DNA of 16,368 nt from Bdellovibrionia bacterium (GCA_049424145.1 JBMSSC010000058.1:1-16368); one strand, 5' to 3'. Positions 7,114 to 15,831 are shown, numbered from the stretch's first letter. Notes: generated by a model not told the origin, from the sequence alone. Numbers and translations are program-made.

Positions 7114-7142
7114 ATTCTTCAGTTTAGAGTAAAAATTGGCAA
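7114..7142 (-). promoter_or_regulatory. Putative sigma70-type promoter for the nucleotidase gene
   Basis: Minus strand TTGCCA (7142-7137), 17 nt spacer, AAGAAT (7119-7114), in the AT-rich divergent intergenic region. Confidence 0.4.
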
Positions 7143-7156
7143 AGAAAAACAGATTG

Positions 7157-7185
7157 TTGACAGTATTTGACTAATATTATATGAA
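7157..7185 (+). promoter_or_regulatory. Putative sigma70-type promoter of rnc-era-der
   Basis: Consensus TTGACA (7157-7162), 17 nt spacer, TATGAA (7180-7185). A second TTGACT lies at 7167-7172. Confidence 0.5.
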
Positions 7186-7214
7186 ATTTGAAGGTGGTTT
7201 TAGGAGATCCAATC

Positions 7215-7907
7215 ATGCCATTCGAAAGGCTGCAGCAGAGAATCAGATACACTTTTGGAGATCGGGCAGTTTTACTTCAATCACTCACGCATAAGTCGTT
7301 TGGGCATGAATACTTTCAAAATAAGCCAGTGGCGCATCGAGACAATGAGAGGCTTGAGTTTTTAGGGGATGCCATCTTAGATGTGATTATTTCAGACATC
7401 CTGCTTGAACTTTTTCCAGATGCCAACGAAGGCCATCTTTCCAAAATGAGAGCCGCTGTGGTCAATGAGAAAACGCTCAGTGAGCTGGCTAAGTCAATTC
7501 ACATTCAAGATTGTCTCCGATTAGGAAAAGGGGAGACTCAAACAAACGGAAAGGCCAAGGCATCGATCTTAGCCAGTGCGTTTGAAGCTTTAATCGCAGC
7601 CATTTATCTCGATGGGGGGTTTAACGCAGTTTATCCCGTGGTGAGGCATATTTTTGTTCCCCTTTTGGCGCAGGAAAATGAGCTTCGAGCCTTCTATGAT
7701 CATAAAACCCAACTCCAAGAGTTGGTGCAAGCTCGTTGGAAAGTCACTCCCACTTATCATCTTTTAGAGTCCCACGGCCCGGATCATGCCAAGGTCTTTG
7801 AAATTGAAGTCAGAATGAACGGAAAACCTTTGGCTGTGGCTAAAGGGTTTTCAAAAAAAGAAGCAGAACAGAACGCAGCTCGAACTGCGATCTTATCAGT
7901 CGAATAA
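7215..7907 (+). CDS. rnc: Ribonuclease III
   Basis: Signature NERLEFLGDAIL, LTHKS, EG.LSK.RA..VN, FEALIAAIYLD; dsRBD K..LQE...GPDH.K.F...SKKEAEQ.AA. Start moved to ATG 7215 (AGGAGA at 7202-7207). Confidence 0.97.
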   Translation: MPFERLQQRIRYTFGDRAVLLQSLTHKSFGHEYFQNKPVAHRDNERLEFLGDAILDVIISDILLELFPDANEGHLSKMRAAVVNEKTLSELAKSIHIQDCLRLGKGETQTNGKAKASILASAFEALIAAIYLDGGFNAVYPVVRHIFVPLLAQENELRAFYDHKTQLQELVQARWKVTPTYHLLESHGPDHAKVFEIEVRMNGKPLAVAKGFSKKEAEQNAARTAILSVE

Positions 7908-7931
7908 GCAGGACAAAGAACGGTAGTACAG

Positions 7932-8903
7932 ATGTTCAAATCAGGTTTTATCGCCATCGTGGGGCGACCCAACGCAGGGAAATCCACTCTTTTAAACGCA
8001 CTTTTGGATCAAGAAATTTCCATTGTGACCCCTAAAGCCCAAACCACTCGAGACCAAGTGCTGGGGATTTTAACTCAGCCCGATCGGGGACAAATTGTGT
8101 TTGTGGATACCCCGGGAGTTCATCGAGCCAAGCAAGGGGGAATTAATGAGGCCATGATGGATCAGGTGAGAACAGCCTTAGAAGCGCCTGAGGTCATTTG
8201 GTATGTGATGGATCCTGCATCCAAGCTCGAGCATGAGGCCGCTGTGATCGATCTTTTGGCCAAAGCAGAAGCGCCTGTTTTAGTGCTCATGAATAAAATC
8301 GATCGAACGGAAGTAGCAGAGGGCACCAAAGCGGGGAAGAAGGCTTCGTTTCTCCTTCCTTCAGCACGAGTGGAGGAGCTTGAGGCTTCGGTGAGGGAGG
8401 CTCTTCAGAATAAGGGCGTTGAAGTTTTAGGTTGGAAGCGAATCTCGGCTTTGACGCGAGATGGGGTTGCTGAGTTGTTGGATCACGCGTGGGCTTTACT
8501 TCCTGAGGGGCTGGCGTTTTTTCCCGATCCAGATCAGGTGTCGGATCGCCCGGTGCGGTTTTTTGTGGCCGAAAAGATTCGCGAGCAGCTTTTGAAGTTG
8601 CTTGGAGATGAAGTGCCCTATTCGTGTGCGGTTGAGATTGAGAAGTTTGATGAGCACTCCAAGCCCATTCGGATTGAGGCGAACATTCATGTTGAACGAG
8701 AGAGTCAAAAAGGCATTGTGATTGGCGAGGGCGCTAAAAAGATCAAAGAGATTGGTCAGGCAGCCCGATTTGAGATTGAGAAGTTTTTAGGAAGTCAGAT
8801 TTTCTTAGGTCTGAAGGTGAAGCTCTTGAAAGATTGGAGTCGAGATCCTGAAGCTCTGAGTCGGATGGGCTACTTTCTTCCTAAAAAGGAGAGAGTGAAG
8901 TGA
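7932..8903 (+). CDS. era: GTPase Era
   Basis: KSGFIAIVGRPNAGKSTL, QTTR, DTPG, NKID, ISA, EKIRE, EVPY and KH motif SQKGIVIG. Follows rnc. Confidence 0.97.
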   Translation: MFKSGFIAIVGRPNAGKSTLLNALLDQEISIVTPKAQTTRDQVLGILTQPDRGQIVFVDTPGVHRAKQGGINEAMMDQVRTALEAPEVIWYVMDPASKLEHEAAVIDLLAKAEAPVLVLMNKIDRTEVAEGTKAGKKASFLLPSARVEELEASVREALQNKGVEVLGWKRISALTRDGVAELLDHAWALLPEGLAFFPDPDQVSDRPVRFFVAEKIREQLLKLLGDEVPYSCAVEIEKFDEHSKPIRIEANIHVERESQKGIVIGEGAKKIKEIGQAARFEIEKFLGSQIFLGLKVKLLKDWSRDPEALSRMGYFLPKKERVK

Positions 8904-10366
8904 GCAAGCGCTTAAAGTTAGTGATCATGGGAAGACCGAATACGGGAAAAAGTACGCTCTTTAATCGGATCAGCGGTCAGAGAAAAGCACTCGTGCATGA
9001 TGAGCCGGGAGTGACACGCGATCGCAATGAGATTGAGGTGGATTTAAAGTGGGGAAAAAAAACACTGCCTCTGCTTTTAGTGGATACGGGAGGGCTTGGG
9101 GGTGAGCGCTTTGCTGGGGAGATTCAAAAGCAGGTGAAAGCAGCCCTGAAAGATGCCCATGTCATTTTATTTGTATTTGATGGGGCAGCAGGGTTGTTGG
9201 GATTAGATGAAGAGCTTTTGGATGATCTGTATCGCTCAGGAAATCAGGTCCCTATTTTAGGAGTGGTCAACAAAGTAGATGATGAGCGCCATGAAGAGCG
9301 TCTTTTGGATTTTTATCGAAGCCGTTTGGAGAGCTTATTGACCCTCTCGGCTGAGCATGGTCGAGGGATGGATGATTTAGTGGAGCGACTCATGGAGTTA
9401 GCTCACGCTCAAGGTTTTTTTAAAGCCCATGAGGATCCGCCCGAGTCTGAGCTGATTTCAGAGTCCGAGGCAGAAGGGGCCAATGAAAAAGTCAATGAGG
9501 AGGAGGGGGCTTTAGAAAGTCCAGGACCTAGGCGCACTCCTGCCATCGCCATCGTGGGTCGACCCAACGTAGGGAAGAGCACTTTGTTTAATGCGATTTT
9601 AGGAGAGGATCGTGTGATCACCAGTCCAGTGGCTGGAACCACCGTGGACTCGGTGGACTCTTGGGTTGAACTTCAGGGCGAGACCTATCGTTTTGTGGAT
9701 ACAGCTGGAATTCGAAGGAAGAGCAAAACGGAGCAAGGCATTGAGGTCCTCTCGGTGGTTCAAGCAAAAAAAGCCTTGGAACGAGCGGATCTGGCTTTTT
9801 TGGTACTGGACGCCGAAGTGGGCGTGACCGATCAAGATCAAAAAATCAGTGGACTGATTGAAGAGGCGGGTTGTTCGGTTGTGATTGTGATGAATAAGTG
9901 GGATTTGCATAAGAAGAATGTGCAATTCACCAAGGAGAAAGCAGCCGAGCGTTTGCGTAAGGAGCTGCCTCACTTAAAGTATGCCCCCCTAGTTTTTGTT
10001 AGCGCACGCAGGAGGCAGGGCCTGAGCGAGCTTGGGGATTTAATTGAAGAGATTCTGCATCAACGGAAGCTTAAAGTTTCCACGCATGAGTTCACCGAGT
10101 GGGTTAGGAAAGAGGCTCCGATTCATAACCCCAAGGGAGCTAAGTTTTATCTCTGTCATCAGTCCGGTCGAAATCCTCCCACATTTGTTTGTCATGTGAA
10201 TGACCCTAAGAAGATTGTCTTTAGTCTCAAGCGGCACTTGATTAATGCCCTTCGAGCCAAGTGGGGATATTTAGGGACGCCAATTCGGATGCATTTTCTT
10301 GAAGCATCTAGTGACCGAAAGAAGCCCAAGAACTTGGCTCAACCTGCATTTGTCCGAAAACGCTGA
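8900..10366 (+). CDS. der: Ribosome biogenesis GTPase Der (EngA)
   Basis: Two tandem G domains (GRPNTGKS/PGVTRD/DTGG/NKVD/SAEHGRG and GRPNVGKS/GTTVD/DTAG/NKWD), an acidic linker, and a C-terminal KH-like domain (PPTF, GTPI). GTGA overlap with era. Confidence 0.97.
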   Translation: MSKRLKLVIMGRPNTGKSTLFNRISGQRKALVHDEPGVTRDRNEIEVDLKWGKKTLPLLLVDTGGLGGERFAGEIQKQVKAALKDAHVILFVFDGAAGLLGLDEELLDDLYRSGNQVPILGVVNKVDDERHEERLLDFYRSRLESLLTLSAEHGRGMDDLVERLMELAHAQGFFKAHEDPPESELISESEAEGANEKVNEEEGALESPGPRRTPAIAIVGRPNVGKSTLFNAILGEDRVITSPVAGTTVDSVDSWVELQGETYRFVDTAGIRRKSKTEQGIEVLSVVQAKKALERADLAFLVLDAEVGVTDQDQKISGLIEEAGCSVVIVMNKWDLHKKNVQFTKEKAAERLRKELPHLKYAPLVFVSARRRQGLSELGDLIEEILHQRKLKVSTHEFTEWVRKEAPIHNPKGAKFYLCHQSGRNPPTFVCHVNDPKKIVFSLKRHLINALRAKWGYLGTPIRMHFLEASSDRKKPKNLAQPAFVRKR

Positions 10367-10378
10367 GCCCGGTTTCGT

Positions 10379-11227
10379 TTACCAGACGAAAAGAAGGCCA
10401 CCGGTGACGGTGTAGAAATTTCCAGTTAAGTTGGGGACCCCGACGGATTGAAAAAGCGTAGTGAACGTATCTTTGAAGGTCACCGTATGAAACTTTCCTT
10501 CGACCTGAAAGTAGGTTTTTCTTGGGCTAATGACGAACTCCAGTCCTGCGCCTAAGCTAATGCCCAAGCTTGTGTCGTTGTCTTGAGAGGCTTGGGCATT
10601 GGAGTTTTGGGTTTTTGAAAACGATCCCACCCCGGCTAAAAGGTAAGGGCTGGCAAAACTAATGGCAGAGCTGAGGTCGCGGGTTTGAAGGTAGTACTTG
10701 ATATCCACGCCCGCATGAACCATGTTGACATCCACATGGCCTAAGCCTTGAGCCGTGGTTTGAAAGAATTGTTGAGCGGTAAAAAAGCCTAAATCAAGGG
10801 CTACGTTAAAATCAAACCAGTAATGAAGTTTGAAGTCCACAACGGGGAATCCTCCCTGCCAAAGAGCTCCGCGGTTTCCATCCACGATTTGTGCTCCGAT
10901 TCCTAAGCTCACGCCAAAGAATCGACCGTATTGAAAGAATTTTGAATCGGCCTCTTCATCGGCAAGACTGTGAAATTCTCCGTAACTGGTAAATGGAGTG
11001 GTGCTGTAGTCTTCTTCCTCCGATTGTTCGGCCTTGTTGGGTTGGTCCTGAGATGAAGGAGAGGATGAGTTTTCTTCTTGAGGAGCTCTGCTTGCTGCAG
11101 GAGGCGGCGCGCCTTGGGAGCTTGAGGGAAATAAGGCACTTAAGATTAACAGAATCAAGCAGAGGATGAAAAAACACAGCCTCACAGCGGGCTGGTTCAT
11201 CCACTGAGCCCAGCGAATCCACTCCAT
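10379..11227 (-). CDS. Outer-membrane beta-barrel protein (small, probably 8-stranded) with low-complexity N-terminal extension
   Basis: Hydrophobic signal-like segment, a Ser/Pro/Glu-rich stretch, then amphipathic strands (FFGVSLGIG, GVDIKYY, SPYLLAGVG, LGISLGAGLEF), ending in aromatic ...GLLFVW. Start moved to ATG 11227 (AAAGGT upstream, just after the preceding stop). Confidence 0.75.
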   Translation of the reverse strand: MEWIRWAQWMNQPAVRLCFFILCLILLILSALFPSSSQGAPPPAASRAPQEENSSSPSSQDQPNKAEQSEEEDYSTTPFTSYGEFHSLADEEADSKFFQYGRFFGVSLGIGAQIVDGNRGALWQGGFPVVDFKLHYWFDFNVALDLGFFTAQQFFQTTAQGLGHVDVNMVHAGVDIKYYLQTRDLSSAISFASPYLLAGVGSFSKTQNSNAQASQDNDTSLGISLGAGLEFVISPRKTYFQVEGKFHTVTFKDTFTTLFQSVGVPNLTGNFYTVTGGLLFVW

Positions 11228-11237
11228 GAGACGACCT

Positions 11238-11744
11238 TTAGAAATAAAAGTGAATGCCGGCATCGAGAAAGCTCGCCCCAAAGGATTTTAAAGCGTAAGT
11301 ACCGGTGCCATTATCAAAAGTCGCTCCAGTTTCCAGCGCGAAGCCTACGGAGTCTAGGCCTGGGATGAAGAACTCCACCCCCATGCCTGCTAAAAACTGA
11401 ACCCCTGCTTGAGGCGCAGAGATGAGACCAAACCCCCCTACGAGATAAAAGTTGTAGTACGGTTCTAAGATGACATTTTTAAAAAGCTTTACTGCCGTAG
11501 CGTAACTAGAGGGTGAGGTAGTTGCAAATTGCAGGATCCCTTCAATGGCTAGGTCCCTGTGTAGAGCGTACTTTAAGCTGATTCCAGGGATCTTAAAACC
11601 ATTGGAATGGTAGCCTGAGAACTGAGCGTTGTATCCCAATCCCAATCGGCCTGTGAGTTCCTTACTCCATCCAAGTTGAGATGAAGTCAGGAATAAAACT
11701 GAAATCCATAGATGGAAAAGTCGGAGAGATTGTTTCAGATTCAT
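11238..11744 (-). CDS. Small outer-membrane beta-barrel protein
   Basis: Signal peptide (…QLGWS-KE), alternating strands (RLGLGY, GISLKY, NFYLVGGFG, GMGVEFF) and C-terminal beta-signal DAGIHFYF. Confidence 0.75.
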   Translation of the reverse strand: MNLKQSLRLFHLWISVLFLTSSQLGWSKELTGRLGLGYNAQFSGYHSNGFKIPGISLKYALHRDLAIEGILQFATTSPSSYATAVKLFKNVILEPYYNFYLVGGFGLISAPQAGVQFLAGMGVEFFIPGLDSVGFALETGATFDNGTGTYALKSFGASFLDAGIHFYF

Positions 11745-11753
11745 GGTCCAATA

Positions 11754-11782
11754 AGAATAAATCTAAAACAGAGGCTTGGCAA
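11754..11782 (-). promoter_or_regulatory. Putative internal sigma70-type promoter for the two OMP genes
   Basis: Minus strand TTGCCA (11782-11777), 17 nt spacer, TATTCT (11759-11754), filling the 61-nt AT-rich gap after the bamB-like gene. Confidence 0.55.
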
Positions 11783-11805
11783 TAAGACTGATTTAAACCT
11801 TTAGT

Positions 11806-13023
11806 TCAAAATGAACGAAATGAGTAGGGATCAACGCCTGCGTTTAAAAGTTTCTTATTGGAATGAAGGTGTTTGAGAGAAAAGCAATAGAGATTCCCTG
11901 CGCTGGAGAGGAAGAAGAGTTTTTGGCTCTCTCGATCAAATAAAGGAGAACCGTAAAACCCACTTCCATAGCCGAGATTCATTCGATAAAGACCGCTGCC
12001 TGTTTTCTTATCTAGAACATAAAGATACTGATAAGAGGATCCTACAATCACATACTCGTCTGTGATTGCAAGCTGCGTGGGAGTGCCGCCATCGAGTTGA
12101 AACTTCCAAAAGACCTGGGAGTTTTCTTTAGAAAGACTGTAGATGAAACCATCTGAAGAGGGCAAGTAGAGTCTTTCGCCTTCAATGACGACATCTTTAC
12201 TTCCTCCTGCGTCAAAGCGCCAGAGGGTGGCGCCGCCGTTTCGTTTGATCGCATACAAAGCGCCATCATAAGAGGGTAAGTAAATGATGCCGTTTTCTAA
12301 AACGGGCTGGGCGTTCACGTCGGTGAATTTATTGGAGGAGTGAAGTCTGCGCTCCCACTTGAGCTGCCCTTCTTCTAAAGAAAGAGCCACTAGAAATCCA
12401 TCACTGAAGCCGCTTAAGACTTCATTCCCATCGACCAGGGGAGCTGAAGCTCCGTAGATGCTTGGCAGTCCGGAGCGTTGCCGTCGATAATGCCAAAGCC
12501 ATTTTCCTGTGCCCGCGTCCAAGGCGTAAACAACATCGTCGGAGGTGGTCACAAAGACCCGACCTCCTGAAATGGTGGGTTTTGAAACCACTGGATTTCT
12601 CACCTCGTAGCGCCAATTGATTTTTCCAGTCTCAGCGTTCACGGAGTAGATGAAGCCATCGGCGGCACCGAAATAAACGGAACCCCGATGAAGGCTTAAG
12701 GGACTTACGACTCCGCCATGCAAGGGGAGGCTCCACCGCTTTTGATTGATGGACGGATAAAGCGCAGTTAACCCTTCCGTTCGATTTCCAAAAATTAACG
12801 TGTCTTCAGAAAGAACTGGATTGGAGAAGTCCACTCCCGGGGAGGACCCCATGAAAGGCTGGGTCGTACTTAAAGTCCATTTACGAGTCATGATCCGGGG
12901 CTCTTCTTTGAGCTCAGGATGAATCAGTGGGGCGCTACAAGCACCCGAGAAGAGGCTTAAGCCGAGGAGTAAACCACACCAAGAAATCGACGAGTTGAAC
13001 CTCAGCCCTTCATTAAGGTTCAA
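11806..13023 (-). CDS. bamB: PQQ-like beta-propeller lipoprotein, BamB-like
   Basis: Lipobox LFSGA-C. Repeated blades (YSVNAETGKINW, YALDAGTGKWLW, ALSLEEGQLKW, YAIKRNGGATLW). Lies directly downstream of a YfgM-like gene and near der, as in yfgM-bamB-der clusters. Start uncertain (TTG 13023 used; see findings). Confidence 0.75.
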   Translation of the reverse strand: MNLNEGLRFNSSISWCGLLLGLSLFSGACSAPLIHPELKEEPRIMTRKWTLSTTQPFMGSSPGVDFSNPVLSEDTLIFGNRTEGLTALYPSINQKRWSLPLHGGVVSPLSLHRGSVYFGAADGFIYSVNAETGKINWRYEVRNPVVSKPTISGGRVFVTTSDDVVYALDAGTGKWLWHYRRQRSGLPSIYGASAPLVDGNEVLSGFSDGFLVALSLEEGQLKWERRLHSSNKFTDVNAQPVLENGIIYLPSYDGALYAIKRNGGATLWRFDAGGSKDVVIEGERLYLPSSDGFIYSLSKENSQVFWKFQLDGGTPTQLAITDEYVIVGSSYQYLYVLDKKTGSGLYRMNLGYGSGFYGSPLFDRESQKLFFLSSAGNLYCFSLKHLHSNKKLLNAGVDPYSFRSF

Positions 13024-13837
13024 GGAGGCTTTTTGAGGCCTCTGCGGCTTGTGAGTAATCCGTGTTGGGTAATTCTGCGAGGATTTGATCATAGGTGCTC
13101 CGGGCTTTGGCTCGATCGGAAAGGGCTTCATAGCAGCGGGCCGTGGCCAGAAGAAGGTCTCCTTTGACCCAGGTTTGTCCCAAACTTAAGGCTTTTTGAA
13201 AAGCGGTAACCGCATCCGATTTTTTTCCGGTGTTTTCTAAAGCATAGCCTAAAGAGCTCAGGGCGAGAGTTTTTTCAAATTTGCTTGAGGCCGATTGAAC
13301 CGACTTCTCAAACCAAGACAGCGATTTGCTGGCCTCACCGTGGCTGTAGTAGAGTTCTCCCAACTTCAGTCGAGCTTCAAACGCAGCTCGAGTGGAGGGG
13401 AATTGGCGAACCACTTCTTCTAGCTTTTTTAAGGTTTCTGGGAATTTCTGATCGACATTCACTGAAACGTAGCGGAGTTGGTCGCGTAAAGCGGCATTCG
13501 CTCGATCTGATTTCTTTTGACTGGTTGATTTTTCAAGGGCGGCGTTCGTCTTTTCGTTTTCTGGGGACGGGGGGGCTTGGAGCGCCTGGACTTCGGATTC
13601 CAGGGCCTTTTCAGCCAGATAAAGGGCATTGCGCGCTTGTTCCGACTGAGTGCCTTTCTGGTTGATGAAGTAAGCCGCGATGAATCCTAAAACCAGCAGC
13701 CCAGCAACACCGGCTAAAAACCAATTTAAATGGTGAGCAATGGAGTCAAAAAAACCATTCAAAGACCTAAGAAATCCATCGGGTCGTTTGATGGATTTAC
13801 GATGCACTGAACCTGAGTTGGAGATGATGGAATCCAT
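13013..13837 (-). CDS. Membrane-anchored tetratricopeptide-repeat protein, YfgM-like
   Basis: Short N-terminus (RKSIKRPDGF), one TM helix (WFLAGVAGLLVLGFIAAYFI), then TPR helices (ARLKLGELYY, LSSLGYALE, LLATARCYE). Upstream of bamB-like gene. Start moved to ATG 13837. Confidence 0.8.
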   Translation of the reverse strand: MDSIISNSGSVHRKSIKRPDGFLRSLNGFFDSIAHHLNWFLAGVAGLLVLGFIAAYFINQKGTQSEQARNALYLAEKALESEVQALQAPPSPENEKTNAALEKSTSQKKSDRANAALRDQLRYVSVNVDQKFPETLKKLEEVVRQFPSTRAAFEARLKLGELYYSHGEASKSLSWFEKSVQSASSKFEKTLALSSLGYALENTGKKSDAVTAFQKALSLGQTWVKGDLLLATARCYEALSDRAKARSTYDQILAELPNTDYSQAAEASKSLLEP

Positions 13838-13993
13838 ATATCTTTCTTTCTCGCATATCCTGAAGGGCATCACAACTGAAACTCGACACTCAAGAGCGGT
13901 CGCCTGAATTTCCAGCTGCTTGAAGGAAGTTCTTTGATAATTGACTTAAATAATTCAGTTTTAGTTCTCCAAGAAATCAGGTAAACCCCCCTC

Positions 13994-14317
13994 ATGGCTT
14001 TACGTGCAGACGATGGGACTCTTTTAGAGCCCAAAGAAGCGGTAGTTTTAGATCAAGATGGAAACCTCCTGCTCGATCCCGCAGATCATGAATCCTTTGC
14101 TCGCTCCTCTTCTTCGTTTCAGGGATTCTCAAAGACCCGGGTCTTTCAGGTTCAAGGCGTCTGGATTCCTTTGCTTGCTGTGGGTCTGGTGGTTTTATTT
14201 ACTCTGGGTTCTTTAGTCGTGGGAGGAGCTTTGGCCCTAGGATTGAGCTCATTATTCATCCTGTGGACTCTTAAAACTCTGATACGATGGGTGAATCACT
14301 TTCTGGAGAGACGATGA
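13994..14317 (+). CDS. Small hypothetical membrane protein
   Basis: Acidic N-terminus followed by about 40 hydrophobic residues (1-2 TM helices) and a basic tail. Stop overlaps the next start (ATGA 14314-14317). Confidence 0.7.
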   Translation: MALRADDGTLLEPKEAVVLDQDGNLLLDPADHESFARSSSSFQGFSKTRVFQVQGVWIPLLAVGLVVLFTLGSLVVGGALALGLSSLFILWTLKTLIRWVNHFLERR

Positions 14318-15831
14318 CCCCATCTGAGATGCAAAAAAAGTCCACCTCAAGCTTCAATCCTTCTGCCATGGATCCAAAGGGCTCTTTGAACCCTTTGGGC
14401 TCTCAGGGGTCAGATTCCTCTCTGCCCTCGGATCGAAGAAAAGTATTTTGCAATCGAACGTTAAATCTCAGATCCATTCGGGCCATTGGCTATGACATGG
14501 ACTACACTCTGATTCATTATCATGTGGAGCAATGGGAACAGCGCGCCTATGAGTGCGTTCGAGATCAGCTGGTTTCCCAGGGGTGGCCTGTCGGGCATTT
14601 GCGCTTTGATCCTACTTTGGCCGCACGCGGCTTGATCATTGACACGGAGAAGGGAAATTTAATTAAGGCCAACCGCTTTGGTTTTGTCAAGCAGGCCATG
14701 CATGGCACCTCGCGCTTGGATTTTGCAGAACAGCGAGAGTCCTACTCGCGGATTATTGTGGACCTTATGGATCGAAGGTGGGTGTTTTTAAATACGCTCT
14801 TTTCGCTCTCCGAGGGGTGCATCTATGCTCAGCTCGTGGACCTTTTGGATCAGCGAAGGATCCCCGAGGTTCTGGGTTATGCTGACCTCTATGAACGCGT
14901 GAAGCGAGTCTTAGGCAATGCTCATATGGAAGGACAACTGAAGGGGGAGATCATTGCTAGTCCCGAGCGTTTTGTGATCCTCGAGCCCGAAGTTCCTTTG
15001 GCTCTTTTGGATCAGAAAAGGGCCGGAAAAAAACTCATGCTCATCACCAACTCGGAGTGGAGCTATACGGCCCCCATGATGAGCTATACGTTTGATCGAT
15101 TTCTGCCTCAGGGCATGAGCTGGAGAGATCTCTTTGACCTCGTCATTGTTGCTGCGGGAAAACCTGAGTTCTTTACAGGACGCCAGGCGCTGTTTGAAAT
15201 TGTAACTGAAAGCGGTCTGCTGAAGCCCCATGTGGGAAAGCTCTCGCATGAGAAAATTTACTTTGGGGGAAGTGCCCAGCAAGTGGAGTCTCACCTGGGC
15301 TTCTCAGGCGATGAGATCCTCTATGTCGGTGATCATATGTTCGGGGATGTTCATGTGACCAAGAACGTTCTACGCTGGCGAACGGCTTTGATCCTAAGGG
15401 AGCTGGAAAGTGAACTAGCCGCTTTGGATCAGTTTCGCTCGACTGAGGCTCAGCTGGAGAAGCTGATGGAGGAGAAAGAGCAACTGGAAGCTCAACTGTG
15501 TCTATCCAAGCTTCAGTTGCAAAGAAAATTAGAGGGCTACGGAACACCTGATTCTCCCGCTTCCGTTGATCCGGAAGCTCAAATTGCGGCCTTAAGAGAA
15601 GAGCTGTTTAAGCTCGACCAAAAGACCGCTCCGCTTGCCAAGCTCTCCTCTGAGCTCAATAATCCTCACTGGGGTCTGCTGATGCGGGCGGGTAACGATA
15701 AGAGCTACCTTGCCTATCAGCTCGAACGGTATGCAGACATTTATACCTCGCGGGTGGCCAATTTCTTAAATGTCACTCCGTTTGGCTATTTACGCTCCTT
15801 AAGGGGCAGTCTCCCTCACGATCGAGGCTGA
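14314..15831 (+). CDS. HAD-superfamily subfamily IG 5'-nucleotidase (cytosolic IMP/GMP nucleotidase cN-II-like)
   Basis: VFCNRTLNL, motif I GYDMDYTL, RGL.ID, NTLFSLSE, LITNS, FDLVIV.A.KP.FF, ILYVGDH.FGDV, WRT.LI..EL, RYADIYTS. Coiled-coil insert near the C-terminus. Start moved to ATG 14314 (GGAGAG SD, ATGA overlap). Confidence 0.92.
   Translation: MTPSEMQKKSTSSFNPSAMDPKGSLNPLGSQGSDSSLPSDRRKVFCNRTLNLRSIRAIGYDMDYTLIHYHVEQWEQRAYECVRDQLVSQGWPVGHLRFDPTLAARGLIIDTEKGNLIKANRFGFVKQAMHGTSRLDFAEQRESYSRIIVDLMDRRWVFLNTLFSLSEGCIYAQLVDLLDQRRIPEVLGYADLYERVKRVLGNAHMEGQLKGEIIASPERFVILEPEVPLALLDQKRAGKKLMLITNSEWSYTAPMMSYTFDRFLPQGMSWRDLFDLVIVAAGKPEFFTGRQALFEIVTESGLLKPHVGKLSHEKIYFGGSAQQVESHLGFSGDEILYVGDHMFGDVHVTKNVLRWRTALILRELESELAALDQFRSTEAQLEKLMEEKEQLEAQLCLSKLQLQRKLEGYGTPDSPASVDPEAQIAALREELFKLDQKTAPLAKLSSELNNPHWGLLMRAGNDKSYLAYQLERYADIYTSRVANFLNVTPFGYLRSLRGSLPHDRG

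Noticed and set aside
9420..9530. Acidic linker in Der
   Set aside because: A normal feature of Der between its two G domains.
13024..13131. Long N-terminal extension of the BamB-like ORF
   Set aside because: Lies within the TPR gene and would put the lipobox Cys about 65 residues from the start.
13874..13993. Promoters in the AT-rich divergent gap (TTGACT at 13941)
   Set aside because: Probably regulatory, but no -10 element at acceptable spacing on either strand.
838..15547. Remaining short nested or antisense ORFs in the track (e.g. 1521-1925, 1604-1933, 3958-4215, 4480-4779, 5803-6108, 9599-9973, 13285-13665, 14911-15294, 15173-15547)
   Set aside because: Shadows of long, motif-supported genes with no family motifs of their own.
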